Assembly: GCA_965248055.1 (NCBI GenBank)
Contig: CBDFIJ010000004.1
Coordinates: 3,072,001 to 3,136,000, forward strand
Direction: 5' to 3'
Length of the DNA stretch: 64,000 bases
Origin: Candidatus Multivoradales bacterium
Lineage (GTDB): Bacteria > Acidobacteriota > Thermoanaerobaculia > Multivoradales > JAHEKO01
A program made the translations under genes and the position numbers. The notes beneath the pieces were generated by a model. The model did no database searches, was not told the DNA's origin, and worked only from the letters and a program-made list of their open reading frames with translations. Of this stretch, positions 30,073 to 40,804 are shown one piece after another. The stretch's first letter is position 1; every line of letters starts with the position of its first letter.

Positions 30073-31124
30073 TGTATCACGACATCATCAAAGGCAAGAT
30101 TCGTCGCCAGAGCATTCTGCACGAAGCGATGCTGGAGCTCACCTACAAGTGCAACTTAGATTGCTTCTTTTGTTACAACGACCGCAAGCTGGAAGGCCGG
30201 CCGCTCTCCGTCGCCGACTATGAAACGTTGCTCGATGACCTAGAGCGCATGGGGGTGTTGTTTATTGTCCTCACCGGAGGCGAACCTCTGATCCATCCGC
30301 ATTTTTATGAAATCGGACGCGCGGCTCGCGACCGCGGCTTTGCGATTCGCGTCAAGACCGGTGCCCACGGCCTGCACGGCCGAACCGCCGAACGGCTCAA
30401 AGCAGAGGTCAATCCCTTGCAGACCGAAATAAGCTTGCACGGAGCGACCGCAGAAGCCCATGATCGGCAAACCCAGGTTCCCGGGAGTTTCGACAAATTG
30501 ATCGTGGCGATTCCAGAGTTACTTGCTCTAGACCTACGTCCATCCTTCGTCACCACCTTGACCGCTTGGAATGAACACCAAGTCGAGCAGATGTTTTCAT
30601 TGTCCGACCAGCTCGGCGTGCGCTTGCGCTTCCAAGGTCCCGTCGCCCCGCGCGACGACGGCGACACCAGTCCCTTCGCGATTCAGCCCTCCAGAGCTGG
30701 ATGGGAAAAGGTCACCGAGATTGCCAAGCGCCGCCGGGAGGAAGTTCCGGTAGAAATGGACTGTTCGTCCAAGGGTCGGGTAAATGAGCCCGGAGAACTC
30801 AAGCCCCATTGTGGCGTCGGCAGTGAAGAAGTCTTGGTCGATCCCTATGGCAGCGTCTTCCCCTGTCTCCATGTAAGGCGTTCTGCCGGCAATGTTCACC
30901 AGGATTCCATCGAAGAAATCTGGAAGTCGTACGTTTTCCGTGATGCTCGACAGCTCTCCCTCGATTCCGCAAAACGCCTCAAGGAAGAAGGTCCGCTGCA
31001 TCTGTTCGACGCTCCGGTCTTTTGTCCCGGGCTTGAGGAGAAAGGATGTTCCTGTTCCACCCCGGACCAGCGAGCTGCTAGCCCCGTCGATTCTTCCCTG
31101 GTACAACTCGGTAGCCTGAGTTAG
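30072..31124 (+). CDS. Radical SAM peptide maturase with SPASM/Twitch-type C-terminus, module 2
   Basis: ELTYKCNLDCFFC, LTGGEP, CGVG...VDPYGSVFPC, CPG...GCSC. Confidence 0.9.
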   Translation: MYHDIIKGKIRRQSILHEAMLELTYKCNLDCFFCYNDRKLEGRPLSVADYETLLDDLERMGVLFIVLTGGEPLIHPHFYEIGRAARDRGFAIRVKTGAHGLHGRTAERLKAEVNPLQTEISLHGATAEAHDRQTQVPGSFDKLIVAIPELLALDLRPSFVTTLTAWNEHQVEQMFSLSDQLGVRLRFQGPVAPRDDGDTSPFAIQPSRAGWEKVTEIAKRRREEVPVEMDCSSKGRVNEPGELKPHCGVGSEEVLVDPYGSVFPCLHVRRSAGNVHQDSIEEIWKSYVFRDARQLSLDSAKRLKEEGPLHLFDAPVFCPGLEEKGCSCSTPDQRAASPVDSSLVQLGSLS

Positions 31125-31355
31125 ATCCCGGCCCCCCGCTCTACCTCGCGCCGGGATGACGAGCACCAGAGCCTTCGCTGCGATGGTGAGAAAACGCCTG
31201 CCCCCGCGGGAACGTGTGGCTAGCCCCGTCGATTCTTCCCTGGTACAACTCGGTAGCCTGAGTTAGATCCCGGCCCGCCGCTCTACCCCGCGCCGGGATG
31301 ACGAGCACCAGAGCCTTCGCTGTGATGGTGAGAAAACGCCTGGCCCCGCGGGAAC
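31077..31355. repeat. 142-bp tandem duplication of the rSAM 3' end plus a GATCCCGG...CGGGATGAC element
   Basis: GCTAGCCCCGTCGATTCTTCC... starts at 31077 and again at 31219. Confidence 0.85.
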
Positions 31356-31660
31356 GGCCCCGCGGGAACGTGTGTGGTGGGCGGGGATCAACCCGGTAGG
31401 TTGCCGGGATGACCAAGCATTCTCATCCCCGTAAGTGGGAAGTCTTTGGAGTCGGGGATCTGCCTCCATTCGCGAAGGTATTTGGCCGATCTAGTTTTCG
31501 ATATCCAGTGCGGCGTAACTCCCTAGAACGCTTGAGAGCTAGGCGGTGGCATGGGAGGTGCTCGGTTAAGGTCGTCCAGGCCGCATGTAGTGTGGCAACT
31601 GAATCTTGCCGCCATATCCGTCGGTCTCACATAGGTGTAACCGTGGATGAGCGGTTCAAG

Positions 31661-32912
31661 TGACCTAGATCAAACACCTGTGAGACAGCGCCGTTAGTCG
31701 CCGAGGCTGTGGGGGATGTGGGAATCTCGTGAGAGATTTCCAAGGGCTGTGGGAAGGCAAGCGTAGCTGGCTTTCCACCAGCCCATCATCATCCACAGCC
31801 TTGACAAGTAAAAAGGGGGCCAAGATCCTTCGGGTCTATCGAATAACCCAAAACGAAGGGAGGCCCCCAGATGCAAATCGTCGCACTCGATCCAAGTTTC
31901 TACAAGTACTACCGTGAAGACATCGTTGTCTTAAGCTCTCAGGCTCGTGATCGGCTGCGCTTGGTTGCGAGCTTCGAGCAACTACGCGACAAGGGGATCT
32001 CGGGTGAAGAAGCAGCTCAGATCTTGGGCAAGAGTCGAGCTACCCTTTACCGCTGGCGCAAACGCCTTGAGCGTGGCCCCCGACATCTAGAACCGATCTC
32101 AAGCCGACCCAAGCGGGTGCGTAAGGCTGACTGGTCACCTGAATTGGTACAGAGAGTCGAAAGTCTCCGTCGAGACTTTCCTGCCTGGGGCAAGGAAACC
32201 CTAGCGCCGCTGATCCAGGGCGAGGGCTTTGAGGTATCAGAAGCCACCGTCGGGCGTATCTTGCGCAAACTAATGGATCGAGGGGTAATCCACCGGGTAC
32301 GCTACCGGCGCCAGAAGTACAAAAACTCCCGGCGTATGCGCCGGCTCCACGCTCAGCGACTGCCGAAATGGTGTCCCCGACCAACGCGCCCTGGCGAGCG
32401 ACTGCAGATCGACACGCTGCATCTGGTCCCTGCTCCAGGCAAGTGGCTCAAACACTTTTCAGCCTCCTGTCCGGTCAGCCGGTGGACAGTGGGAGAGATC
32501 TATCAACGTGCCACTTCTCGCTGTGCAGCACGCTTTCTAGACAAAGTCATTGCCGAGTGTCCGTTTGACATCACCTCGATCCAAGTGGACGGTGGTAGTG
32601 AATTTATGGATGAATTTGAGAAAGCCTGCCGAGATAGAGGCATCACCCTCTATGTGCTGCCGCCAAAGAGTCCGAAGCTCAACGGCACCGTCGAACGAAT
32701 GCAGGAAACCTGGAGAGGAGAGTTTTATGAAATGTATGAGCTACCCGATACTGTCTCGGCTTTGAGACCTTACATCCAGAGATTCCAGGACCTCTACAAC
32801 ACCTACAGGCCGCACAAGAGCTTGAAAAGAAAACCCCCGGCAAGGTACCTTCTAAAGCTCGACCCAGGGGTCGTGCTCCCGCCAACTGTCTCAAAGGTAC
32901 TGATCTAGGACA
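31661..32912 (+). mobile_element. IS481-family-like insertion sequence
   Basis: IRL TGACCTAGATCAAACACCTGTGAGACAG, IRR CTGTCTCAAAGGTACTGATCTAGGACA, 5-bp target duplication TCAAG. Confidence 0.85.
31871..32908 (+). CDS. DDE transposase with N-terminal HTH (IS481-like)
   Basis: SRATLYRWRKR, LQIDT, IQVDGGSEF, KLNGTVER, YNTYRPHKSL. Confidence 0.9.
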   Translation: MQIVALDPSFYKYYREDIVVLSSQARDRLRLVASFEQLRDKGISGEEAAQILGKSRATLYRWRKRLERGPRHLEPISSRPKRVRKADWSPELVQRVESLRRDFPAWGKETLAPLIQGEGFEVSEATVGRILRKLMDRGVIHRVRYRRQKYKNSRRMRRLHAQRLPKWCPRPTRPGERLQIDTLHLVPAPGKWLKHFSASCPVSRWTVGEIYQRATSRCAARFLDKVIAECPFDITSIQVDGGSEFMDEFEKACRDRGITLYVLPPKSPKLNGTVERMQETWRGEFYEMYELPDTVSALRPYIQRFQDLYNTYRPHKSLKRKPPARYLLKLDPGVVLPPTVSKVLI

Positions 32913-32917
32913 TCAAG

Positions 32918-32946
32918 TTGGACTTGGTACCTAAATAGTGTATAGT
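32918..32946 (+). promoter_or_regulatory. Putative promoter for giant gene copy 1
   Basis: TTGGAC-17 nt-TATAGT with TG in the spacer just before the -10. Confidence 0.4.
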
Positions 32947-33154
32947 CCCTTTGTGCGACGTGGAGTCGCATTATTTTCAGGCCGACACATCGGGGGATCT
33001 GTCTGTCTGCTTTGAAGCACGTTTTAGCGCGTGCTGTTTTTTTCGTTTCTTAGGCTCAACCAAAAGCCCAAAGCCAACAGTCGGGGGTACGGAGTCGCGC
33101 TTAATCATAGCTCGGGAAAGCCGAGGGTGTGCAAAAAGAGTGAGGTATTGAGCG

Positions 33155-36100
33155 ATGACGATGGAATCCCACAACCATATGAACCGTGGACTGTGCAAAG
33201 CAAGGAGCTGCACTTTGGTGGCATGGGGCACCGGGGAGAGTAAGAAAATGAATAGAGCAAAATCTGTAGTCAATAAGATGTTCTGCATCGGCCCGGAGCG
33301 GCTGTCGCTTGCCACAATCCTGTCTTCAACTGCACCATGGGGATTTGAAATCAACCCGAAAGCAATCATAAAAGCCTTGTGCATGGCTGTTGTTTTTCTA
33401 GCAGCTAATCTTTTCGCGGCATCCGCGGCGCAGGCGCAGACCAATGTCGCCTTAAACAAAACCATCACTGGTTTCAGTTCGCAGGTCGACGGCACTACGT
33501 GGGCGGCAACCAACATCAATGATGGTGTGGTCAATTTGACCGATCGGGCTTGGGCTTCGGTGAACCAGGCTCCGAATTCAACTGGATTGGATGAATGGGT
33601 GAGCATTGACCTCGGTGCAGCGTATCTGCTGGATTCGTTGAGGGTCACGAGTGAGATTGTTACTGGTGGTTCCCGCAATATTAAAGACTACAATCTGTAT
33701 GGCAGCGCCACCGGCGACTTTGCGGGGGAGGAAACGCTCCTGTCGTCGGGCACGATTCCGCCATTGGGGGACATGGGGACCCACGACGTTTCGTTTACTC
33801 CCCAAGCGTTCCGCTACGTGAAACTCCAAGGCACATCGACCTATTTTATTGGCTCGAACATTTACGTTATCGTCGGTGAGTTGGCTCTTTTTGGTGAGTT
33901 GGTCCCAGACAGCGACGGCGACGGGGTCTTCGACGACGTCGACATTGATGACGACAACGACGGCATTCTGGACACCGTCGAGGGCGACGGCGCGGTGGAT
34001 ACCGACGGCGATGGCCTTGCCGACTCGCTGGATCTGGATTCCGATGGCGACGGGCTGCCCGATACCACGGAAGCTCAAGCCGGCACCATTACCGCCAGCG
34101 GCAACGACACTGACAACGACGGTTTGGACGACAACTTCGAGCCCGGCGGGCTGCCGGCGACCGCTCAGGATGCCGATGGCGACAGCACCCCCGACTGGCG
34201 TGACTTGAACGTGGCGCAGCTGGTGATCGAGAAAGTGGGCACGGCGCGAACCACTAGCTCCACCAGCGCCGTGGCCGAAGACGACCTGATCGATTGGGTG
34301 CTCAGCTATGACAACCAGACTGGCGGCACGATCAATAATGTGGTTTTGGGCGACGTGCTCTCCGGCGATCACAGCGTCGTCAGTAGCGATTTTCCAGATG
34401 GCTGGGGCTTCACAGCCGGAGAGTTCACCGCTGATCGGGTGGCCGGCGGCGGCTTCGGCCTCACTACTCCGCTGCCGGCGGTGCCCGCCGCGACCAACAT
34501 CAACTTCGGCAGCACCGGCGGCGATGGTTACGACCCGATTCTCGGTGCCGACGATGGCCGTATCTATATGACGTTTCACCATCAATCCTCCAACGGCGTA
34601 CTGCAGTGCGTTGATCCGGTAACCGGTACCGTCTGTGCTGGCTATACGGTGCTCTTGCGCCCCAACCTCATCAGTTCTACCAAAATAGGCCAGACGCCGG
34701 AGAACACGCTGTTTATCGGTAACCGTCTCTACTACCCCTATACCGATCCCACGTCGAGCGATTGGGGTCTGGGCTGTTTCGATGTTTCGGCCTATGACGG
34801 GGTGGATCCACTGACCGGCAATTGTGACAAAGACAGCAATTTCTCGGGCAGTGCCTGGGATGACGGCGGGGTGTCACTGGGCGGTGGCGGCGTAACCTCG
34901 GATCGTGGAGCCATCCAGGGACCGGTGTTGGCTGACGACGGCAATCTATACCTGTTCGACTACAACATGCTGATGCACTGCGTGCAGCCCGATGGCAACC
35001 TGTGTGCGACCACTGGCACCAATATGTCAACCGGCGATGCAAATCTATTTACCATTAGCGCAGATAGTCTTTACAGTGGTACGGCAATTGAGATGGAGTT
35101 ATGGCAAAACCGGATCTATTTCGGCGTGATGTACCATGACGTCACCGATGGCGGTGATCCCAACAATAGTAGTGTTGTGATTGGTTGTTTCGATATTGCC
35201 ACGGCAACAAATTGCTGGGGAACGTCCGCCATAGTCGATGATCTCTCTGGATTATCGATCGACGCGAGCACCTTCTCCAATATTCATATACGTTATGACC
35301 AAGCCGGGGCGGCGGATGCGGTATGTATCCTCAGTCGGGCCTATGATTCCACGCGCAACGCGGAAGGTTGTGCCAGTTTGACCGGCGTTGCCATCGCCAA
35401 CGATGACGCAACCTATTGTGCGGCTTATCCTGGGGGCACCTGCGTTCGCGGTATTCCGACCAATCTCGAAGCGCTGTTCCCCAATGTCAACCGGACCAAC
35501 GGCAGCGGTGGCGAAGTGCATCACAATGGCAGGACGTATTTCAACCGTTTCTTTACAGATGAAGTGTACTGCTGGGACTGGTTGGCGGCGCCTGGGGGGG
35601 CGCTGTGCGCCGACTTTGGGGTTGCTGGCTTAGTCACCGGACCCACGGGTGCCGAAACCTATGGTATTGCTCGTGACGAAGCGGGGTGTTTCTGGGTGCT
35701 GGGCGACAATAATAACCTGTGGAACTTCGATGTCTTGGGCAACTCGCCGTGTTTAATTGGCGAGATTTTCGCCGACGAGACGCTTACCCCGGCGAACACC
35801 TACTGTGCCACTGGCCCCAGCGCTTTGACCGATAACGGCGCGTTGTGGGAAAAACTCCGTCTGACGGATATTGACAGCGATCAATTCATCGCCTTGAGCG
35901 CGGATGTCTACGACCTCACCGGCGCGCTGGTTACCCATTGCGACTTCAAGGCCGATACCTGTAGCAACGGCTTCACTGTGGTCGACAGCGGCTTTGAGGA
36001 GACGGTGGATCTGAGCTCTCTCAGCGTGGCCGGCAACAACCTGGAACTAAGGGTTGAGTTTGCCGCCCAGGTGCCCCTGGGTACCGACCTGGAAGCACTC

Positions 36101-39100
36101 GGCCGTTCGCCGCAATTTGATCTCACCTGGGACTACCCCGGCACCGCGCCGCCGCTTGAGCTGTGTCTGGTGACCGATCCCGGCCCCACCAGTTGCCCGG
36201 TCTCCGGCAGCGACTTTGCCGCCAACAGCGCTACGGTGCAACTGCAAGGCTCGCCCAACCCCGACGACAGCGCCGGACCGGTGTCGCTGGACATTATTCC
36301 CTCCACCACCGCTGCTACTTGCAGCATGGACTATGGCGATGCGCCGGACAGCTACGGTGCGCTGCTGGCCAGTGATGGGGCGAGGCATGCGCTTCAAACC
36401 GGAACCTTAGCGCGCTATGTGCGGATCATGAAATCGGGCAATAACACATTCGATGATCTGATTAATTTGGCAGAGGTTGAGGTGCTTGATGCTGGCGGTG
36501 TCAACCGGGCGTTGGCCAGCATGGGCGCAACGGCCAGCCAAAATTCCACCTTTAACTCTTCAACTTTGGCTTTGAATTGCAACGACGGCAATACCACCGG
36601 GAGTGGAGGGGCTAGTAACATATGTGCTACCGCTGGCACTACCGCCAACGACTGGTGGGAAGTGGATTTAGGCGCGGTTTACAACATCGCTGAAATAAAT
36701 ATCTTCAATCGTGACGACGGTGCCGAAGAACGCTTGAGCAATGTGTATGTACTGGCGGCGGATACCGCCTTTCCCGGGACCACCAACCTGACCGATGCGC
36801 GCAACAACGCCGATTTCGAATTTCAGCTCGGCGAAGTTATAGCCGCCAACCCGGACCGCACAGTGACGGTAACGGGGGGCACCGCCCCGACACTGACTCT
36901 GGGCCCGACGGTGGACAACGAGGCAGACGGCCAGCCGAGTGGCACGGCCACGGACGACGGCGCGGATGAGGATGGTTCGGTTTTTCGATCGCCTGCCGGA
37001 ACGAGTCATTCGATCTTCGGAGATGTAACAGTCAACAACGCGACAGGGGGCTCGGTGACGGTGTGTGCTTGGCTGGACCTGCCTTCAGGGGGCAGCGTAG
37101 ACGGTGCGTTCGGCGCCTCAGACGGCCAGTGCCAGACGACCAGCGCGAGCAATCCGACGCTAACGTTTCAATGGTCGGGTCTGCCGGATGACCAGACTTA
37201 TGCGACCTACGCTCGTTTCCGAGTGAGTTCGTCGGCGATGACGACCTCTCAGGCGACGGGAGCCTTTGCGGACGGCGAGATCGAGGACTACCTGGTGAAC
37301 TTCGATTTCACGCCGACGCGGGCGACGGTGAAGGGATTGAGGGCTCGCTTGCTGCCCGCCGGTTCGCTGCGGGAGGTGGCAGGGCTAGCGAGTCTGGTGG
37401 AAGGGATTGCGGATTCCCAGCTGGTGGCTGTGGTGGAGTGGGAGACGGTGATGGAGCAGGGCACCAGCGGGTTTGACCTGGAGCGTCGTGGCGAGAATGG
37501 TTCTTGGCAGAAGCTCAACAATCAGATGCTTCCGGGCTTGGTGGTCTCTCGCCAGGGTGGTGAATATCTGTGGGTCGACACCGAGGTTAGCGAAGGCAAG
37601 GTTTCCTACCGCTTGGTTGAGCACGAGGTCTGGGGTACCGAGTTGATGCACGGCCCTTGGAAGGTCGACTTGAAAGCTCCTTTGCCGGGCAAGGGTCGAG
37701 GTCCGTCCAAGTCCATGCAACCTTCGATTTCAGAGGGTGGCAGCTCGAACGGTGTGCTCGAGTGGTGGGCCTGGGAAAAGCTCGACAGGCGTTTTGCTGG
37801 TCGTGGTCGCTCGGCTCCGCTGCCCGATGAGGAAGAAGTAGCGACGCGTTTGCGCCAGCGCACGGCCCAGCGCCAGATCCAGTTGAAGCAAAGAGCTGGG
37901 GCCGCAGCGCTTGCTGACAAGTCTGCAAGCACCGTCGGTAGCGGCGGTCGCCAGGCTGGGCTAGGCGCAGGTGTTGGATCTCGGGATGGAAACAACTTGA
38001 TCAAATCCAGGCCCAAAGGCAGCGCTCGCCTAGTGACCGATGGTTCCGGTTGGTACAGCGCACAGGTTGCCGATCTCGCAGCGGCTCTGGGAGCGCCGAG
38101 CGCTAAGGTCAGTGCGTTGTTACGCAAAAGTCACTTGGGTCTTTCGATGGGTGGCCAAGAAGTTCCTTATAGCTACGATGGCGGCAGTACGATCTACTTG
38201 GTCGGTTATCCGTATCAGAATCTGGATACTTTCTCGAATGCCTACCAGTTGGGGCGCAGTCGTGGCACAGCGATGGCTGTGACCAGCGGAAGTGGTCCGT
38301 CCTCTGGGGTTGCCGGAACCTTCCGGGATACCTTGGTTGCCGAGCAAGAAGTGTGGTTGCTACCTTGGGCGACGCGGGAAGAGGGTGGAGATACTTGGTA
38401 TTGGGATTTCACCTACGCCCCGTACACGCCGGAAACGGTCTTGAGCTTCGATCTTCCCGACGCCGCAGCGGCTGGGACCGCTGACCTCCGCATCGCTTTG
38501 CGCGGCGCCAGCAAAAATGGTTCGGCACAGGATCATCACGCCTGGGTTTCGGTCAACGGGCAGGTACTGCCAGGCAGCGTGACCTGGGACGCCTACGGCT
38601 TGGTAACCCTGGAAACCAGTTTTGACCAGAGCCTGCTGGCTGGTGGCAATACCGTGACCTTGACGGTACACGCACAAGCCGGTGGCGACGCAACCTACAG
38701 TTTGGTGCTGGTCGATGACGTTCAAGTTTCCTTTGAGCGCAAGATGAGGGCCAAGGAAGGTTCTTTATGGGTGCGTAATGCAAGTACTGGAGTGATGACG
38801 GTAGAAGGCTTTGAGTCTGCCGACATCCGGGTTATTGAATTGAGTCAAGGCACCTCGGCAACCGAGCGGCAAAATTTGACGGTTGGTGCCGACGGCTTGG
38901 GCGGCTGGCAGGTGAGCTTCCGCGGTAAGAATGGCCGGGATTACTTGGTGGTCGACCGCGCTCGCCCGGCATTGGTGGAAGCTGAGGTGGCTTCATCGCT
39001 CAAGAACCGTGGTTTAAGTGCTGAGTACCTGATCATCGCCCCTGAGTCGCTGGCTGAAGGTGCCCAGGCACTCAAGGATTACCGTTCCAACCGCTTTTCG

Positions 39101-40042
39101 ACCCAGATCGTCTGGTTGCAAGACATCTACGATGAGTTCAGCTACGGTCGCACCGATTCGGCGGCGATCGAGGCCTTCTTGGCCAGCGTCTACGCCAAGT
39201 CACCACAACCCCCGCTCTACGTAGTCCTGCTGGGGCGAGGAACGCTGGATCATCGCGATTTGCAGGGTTACGGCGAAAGCCTGATTCCGTTGCGACTCGC
39301 GGTCACTCCTTGGGGCCTGTATTCGAGCGATAACCGCTACGCGGACATCAATGGCGACAAGCGGCCTGAGTTCTCTGTCGGTCGTATCCAGGCAATGACC
39401 AACGCCGAAGTGCTGACTTATGTCAACAAACTGGCGGCTTACGAGGCTGGTGTTGGTACCGGTAGCGCCCTAGTGCTGGCGGACAATCCAGACGCTGCTG
39501 GAGACTTCCACGCCAACAGTGAAAAGACTGCGGCGAACCTCAGGTCCTACGGAGTGACGGTCGACAAGCTGTACCATCCGACGGATGCGGTGCGCACCGA
39601 TCTGTTGAGTGGTTGGGCAGCCGGCGACTGGTCGTTGATTGTCTACGACGGCCACGGTGCATCCACCCAGTTGGGTAGTGAGGCCTATCTCAAGTCTAGC
39701 GACGTTGCCGGCTTGACCAACGGCTCGGCACTGCCGGTGTTTTCCGCCTGGACCTGTGCTGCTGGGGACAGCACTAGCCCCGGGATCATGGGTCTGGCAG
39801 ATAGCTTGGTGCTGTCGTCAGGTGGTGGTGCGATCGCGGCGGTGGCCCCTGCTGGCTTGTCCTTGGATGCCCCAGCCCAACGGTTGAGTCAGTCGTTTCT
39901 CAATTCCCTGGTGGGTCGTGGCGAGACCGTGGGTCAGGCGTTTGTCCGTGCCCACGAGCAAGGGGAAGCGGAAGGTCTGTCTCCCTGGATGCTGGACATC
40001 TACCTGGTGTCGGGCGACCCGGCGGTCAACCTGCAGGACTAG
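33155..40042 (+). CDS. Giant secreted multidomain protein copy 1: F5/8-C/discoidin, Ca-binding DxDxDG repeats, DUF11-like, F-type lectin, GEVED, C-terminal C25 (gingipain/PorU-like) cysteine peptidase
   Basis: NVALNK..WVSIDLG, DSDGDG repeats, [51 protein letters not shown] (His) and WTC (Cys); true start uncertain because the paralogous ATG is ATC at 33350. Confidence 0.85.
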   Translation: MTMESHNHMNRGLCKARSCTLVAWGTGESKKMNRAKSVVNKMFCIGPERLSLATILSSTAPWGFEINPKAIIKALCMAVVFLAANLFAASAAQAQTNVALNKTITGFSSQVDGTTWAATNINDGVVNLTDRAWASVNQAPNSTGLDEWVSIDLGAAYLLDSLRVTSEIVTGGSRNIKDYNLYGSATGDFAGEETLLSSGTIPPLGDMGTHDVSFTPQAFRYVKLQGTSTYFIGSNIYVIVGELALFGELVPDSDGDGVFDDVDIDDDNDGILDTVEGDGAVDTDGDGLADSLDLDSDGDGLPDTTEAQAGTITASGNDTDNDGLDDNFEPGGLPATAQDADGDSTPDWRDLNVAQLVIEKVGTARTTSSTSAVAEDDLIDWVLSYDNQTGGTINNVVLGDVLSGDHSVVSSDFPDGWGFTAGEFTADRVAGGGFGLTTPLPAVPAATNINFGSTGGDGYDPILGADDGRIYMTFHHQSSNGVLQCVDPVTGTVCAGYTVLLRPNLISSTKIGQTPENTLFIGNRLYYPYTDPTSSDWGLGCFDVSAYDGVDPLTGNCDKDSNFSGSAWDDGGVSLGGGGVTSDRGAIQGPVLADDGNLYLFDYNMLMHCVQPDGNLCATTGTNMSTGDANLFTISADSLYSGTAIEMELWQNRIYFGVMYHDVTDGGDPNNSSVVIGCFDIATATNCWGTSAIVDDLSGLSIDASTFSNIHIRYDQAGAADAVCILSRAYDSTRNAEGCASLTGVAIANDDATYCAAYPGGTCVRGIPTNLEALFPNVNRTNGSGGEVHHNGRTYFNRFFTDEVYCWDWLAAPGGALCADFGVAGLVTGPTGAETYGIARDEAGCFWVLGDNNNLWNFDVLGNSPCLIGEIFADETLTPANTYCATGPSALTDNGALWEKLRLTDIDSDQFIALSADVYDLTGALVTHCDFKADTCSNGFTVVDSGFEETVDLSSLSVAGNNLELRVEFAAQVPLGTDLEALGRSPQFDLTWDYPGTAPPLELCLVTDPGPTSCPVSGSDFAANSATVQLQGSPNPDDSAGPVSLDIIPSTTAATCSMDYGDAPDSYGALLASDGARHALQTGTLARYVRIMKSGNNTFDDLINLAEVEVLDAGGVNRALASMGATASQNSTFNSSTLALNCNDGNTTGSGGASNICATAGTTANDWWEVDLGAVYNIAEINIFNRDDGAEERLSNVYVLAADTAFPGTTNLTDARNNADFEFQLGEVIAANPDRTVTVTGGTAPTLTLGPTVDNEADGQPSGTATDDGADEDGSVFRSPAGTSHSIFGDVTVNNATGGSVTVCAWLDLPSGGSVDGAFGASDGQCQTTSASNPTLTFQWSGLPDDQTYATYARFRVSSSAMTTSQATGAFADGEIEDYLVNFDFTPTRATVKGLRARLLPAGSLREVAGLASLVEGIADSQLVAVVEWETVMEQGTSGFDLERRGENGSWQKLNNQMLPGLVVSRQGGEYLWVDTEVSEGKVSYRLVEHEVWGTELMHGPWKVDLKAPLPGKGRGPSKSMQPSISEGGSSNGVLEWWAWEKLDRRFAGRGRSAPLPDEEEVATRLRQRTAQRQIQLKQRAGAAALADKSASTVGSGGRQAGLGAGVGSRDGNNLIKSRPKGSARLVTDGSGWYSAQVADLAAALGAPSAKVSALLRKSHLGLSMGGQEVPYSYDGGSTIYLVGYPYQNLDTFSNAYQLGRSRGTAMAVTSGSGPSSGVAGTFRDTLVAEQEVWLLPWATREEGGDTWYWDFTYAPYTPETVLSFDLPDAAAAGTADLRIALRGASKNGSAQDHHAWVSVNGQVLPGSVTWDAYGLVTLETSFDQSLLAGGNTVTLTVHAQAGGDATYSLVLVDDVQVSFERKMRAKEGSLWVRNASTGVMTVEGFESADIRVIELSQGTSATERQNLTVGADGLGGWQVSFRGKNGRDYLVVDRARPALVEAEVASSLKNRGLSAEYLIIAPESLAEGAQALKDYRSNRFSTQIVWLQDIYDEFSYGRTDSAAIEAFLASVYAKSPQPPLYVVLLGRGTLDHRDLQGYGESLIPLRLAVTPWGLYSSDNRYADINGDKRPEFSVGRIQAMTNAEVLTYVNKLAAYEAGVGTGSALVLADNPDAAGDFHANSEKTAANLRSYGVTVDKLYHPTDAVRTDLLSGWAAGDWSLIVYDGHGASTQLGSEAYLKSSDVAGLTNGSALPVFSAWTCAAGDSTSPGIMGLADSLVLSSGGGAIAAVAPAGLSLDAPAQRLSQSFLNSLVGRGETVGQAFVRAHEQGEAEGLSPWMLDIYLVSGDPAVNLQD

Positions 40043-40235
40043 TTGTTATTAAGAAGGGGACACAATACCCCCTAATCAGAAAACTCAATTCCGAATCAAA
40101 GAATCGCGGATCGGTGGAAACGGGTTTTGTTAAGAAAGGGGACACAATACCCCCTAATCAGAAAACTCGATTCGATTCAAAGAATCGTGGATCAATGGAA
40201 ACGGGTTTGGGTTGCAAATAGGGTTTGTGTCCCCG
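40043..40235. repeat. GGGGACACAATACCCC...GGGTTTGTGTCCCC element after each giant gene
   Basis: Also at 47501-47695 and 55183-55295; internal ~83-bp duplication in copies 1 and 2 only. Confidence 0.8.
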
Positions 40236-40397
40236 TCTTGTCCGAAGGGCGGCGGCTTGGTGGTCGGGGATCTACTTCACACAGGTGTCAGATCCCGGCT
40301 CCACACCTGCCGTATCCATCCGCCGCTCCCCATCCGCCTCGCACCTCTGAGTGTGTCGAGTGGACCTCGATTAATGTTGTTATGTATGATCCATCAC

Positions 40398-40413
40398 AGT
40401 GGCGGGGGTCACA
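40398..40413. promoter_or_regulatory. CRP/FNR-family-like site upstream of giant gene copy 2
   Basis: AGTGG-N6-TCACA inside a ~75-bp block shared with the copy 3 upstream region. Confidence 0.35.
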
Positions 40414-40804
40414 TCTGATTTTGGGCGGAAGTTGTGCGATCTATTGTCGTAATTTGACATAGTGAAAGTACTGTTTTGTAGCGGGGGCTGCAGCGAGAAA
40501 TCAAAAAATGAGTGGAACAAGAAGCGTGGTTGAGGTGCTTGTGGGTCTGGCTTTGGGGCGATGGATGGGAAACGTGCATAGTGCAATTCTGGCGTATGTT
40601 TTCGGGGTTACGCATTTGCATGGGGCCGGTTGGCTGGAGTCCGGTGTGAATAAGAGTTGTGAAGTGAGAGTAATACAAATGTTGCGGCGGGGAGGTACCA
40701 TGACAAGAACGAGAAGAAAAGAAAAATGCCCCGGTGTCGCCTTCGCACCGGAGCGGCTGTCGCTTGCCACAATCCTGTCTTCAACTGCACCATGGGGATT
40801 TGAA

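Noticed and set aside
25839-31124. PQQ or lasso peptide biosynthesis
   Set aside because: No PqqB/PqqC or ExxxY precursor; no asparagine-synthetase-like cyclase or B2 peptidase
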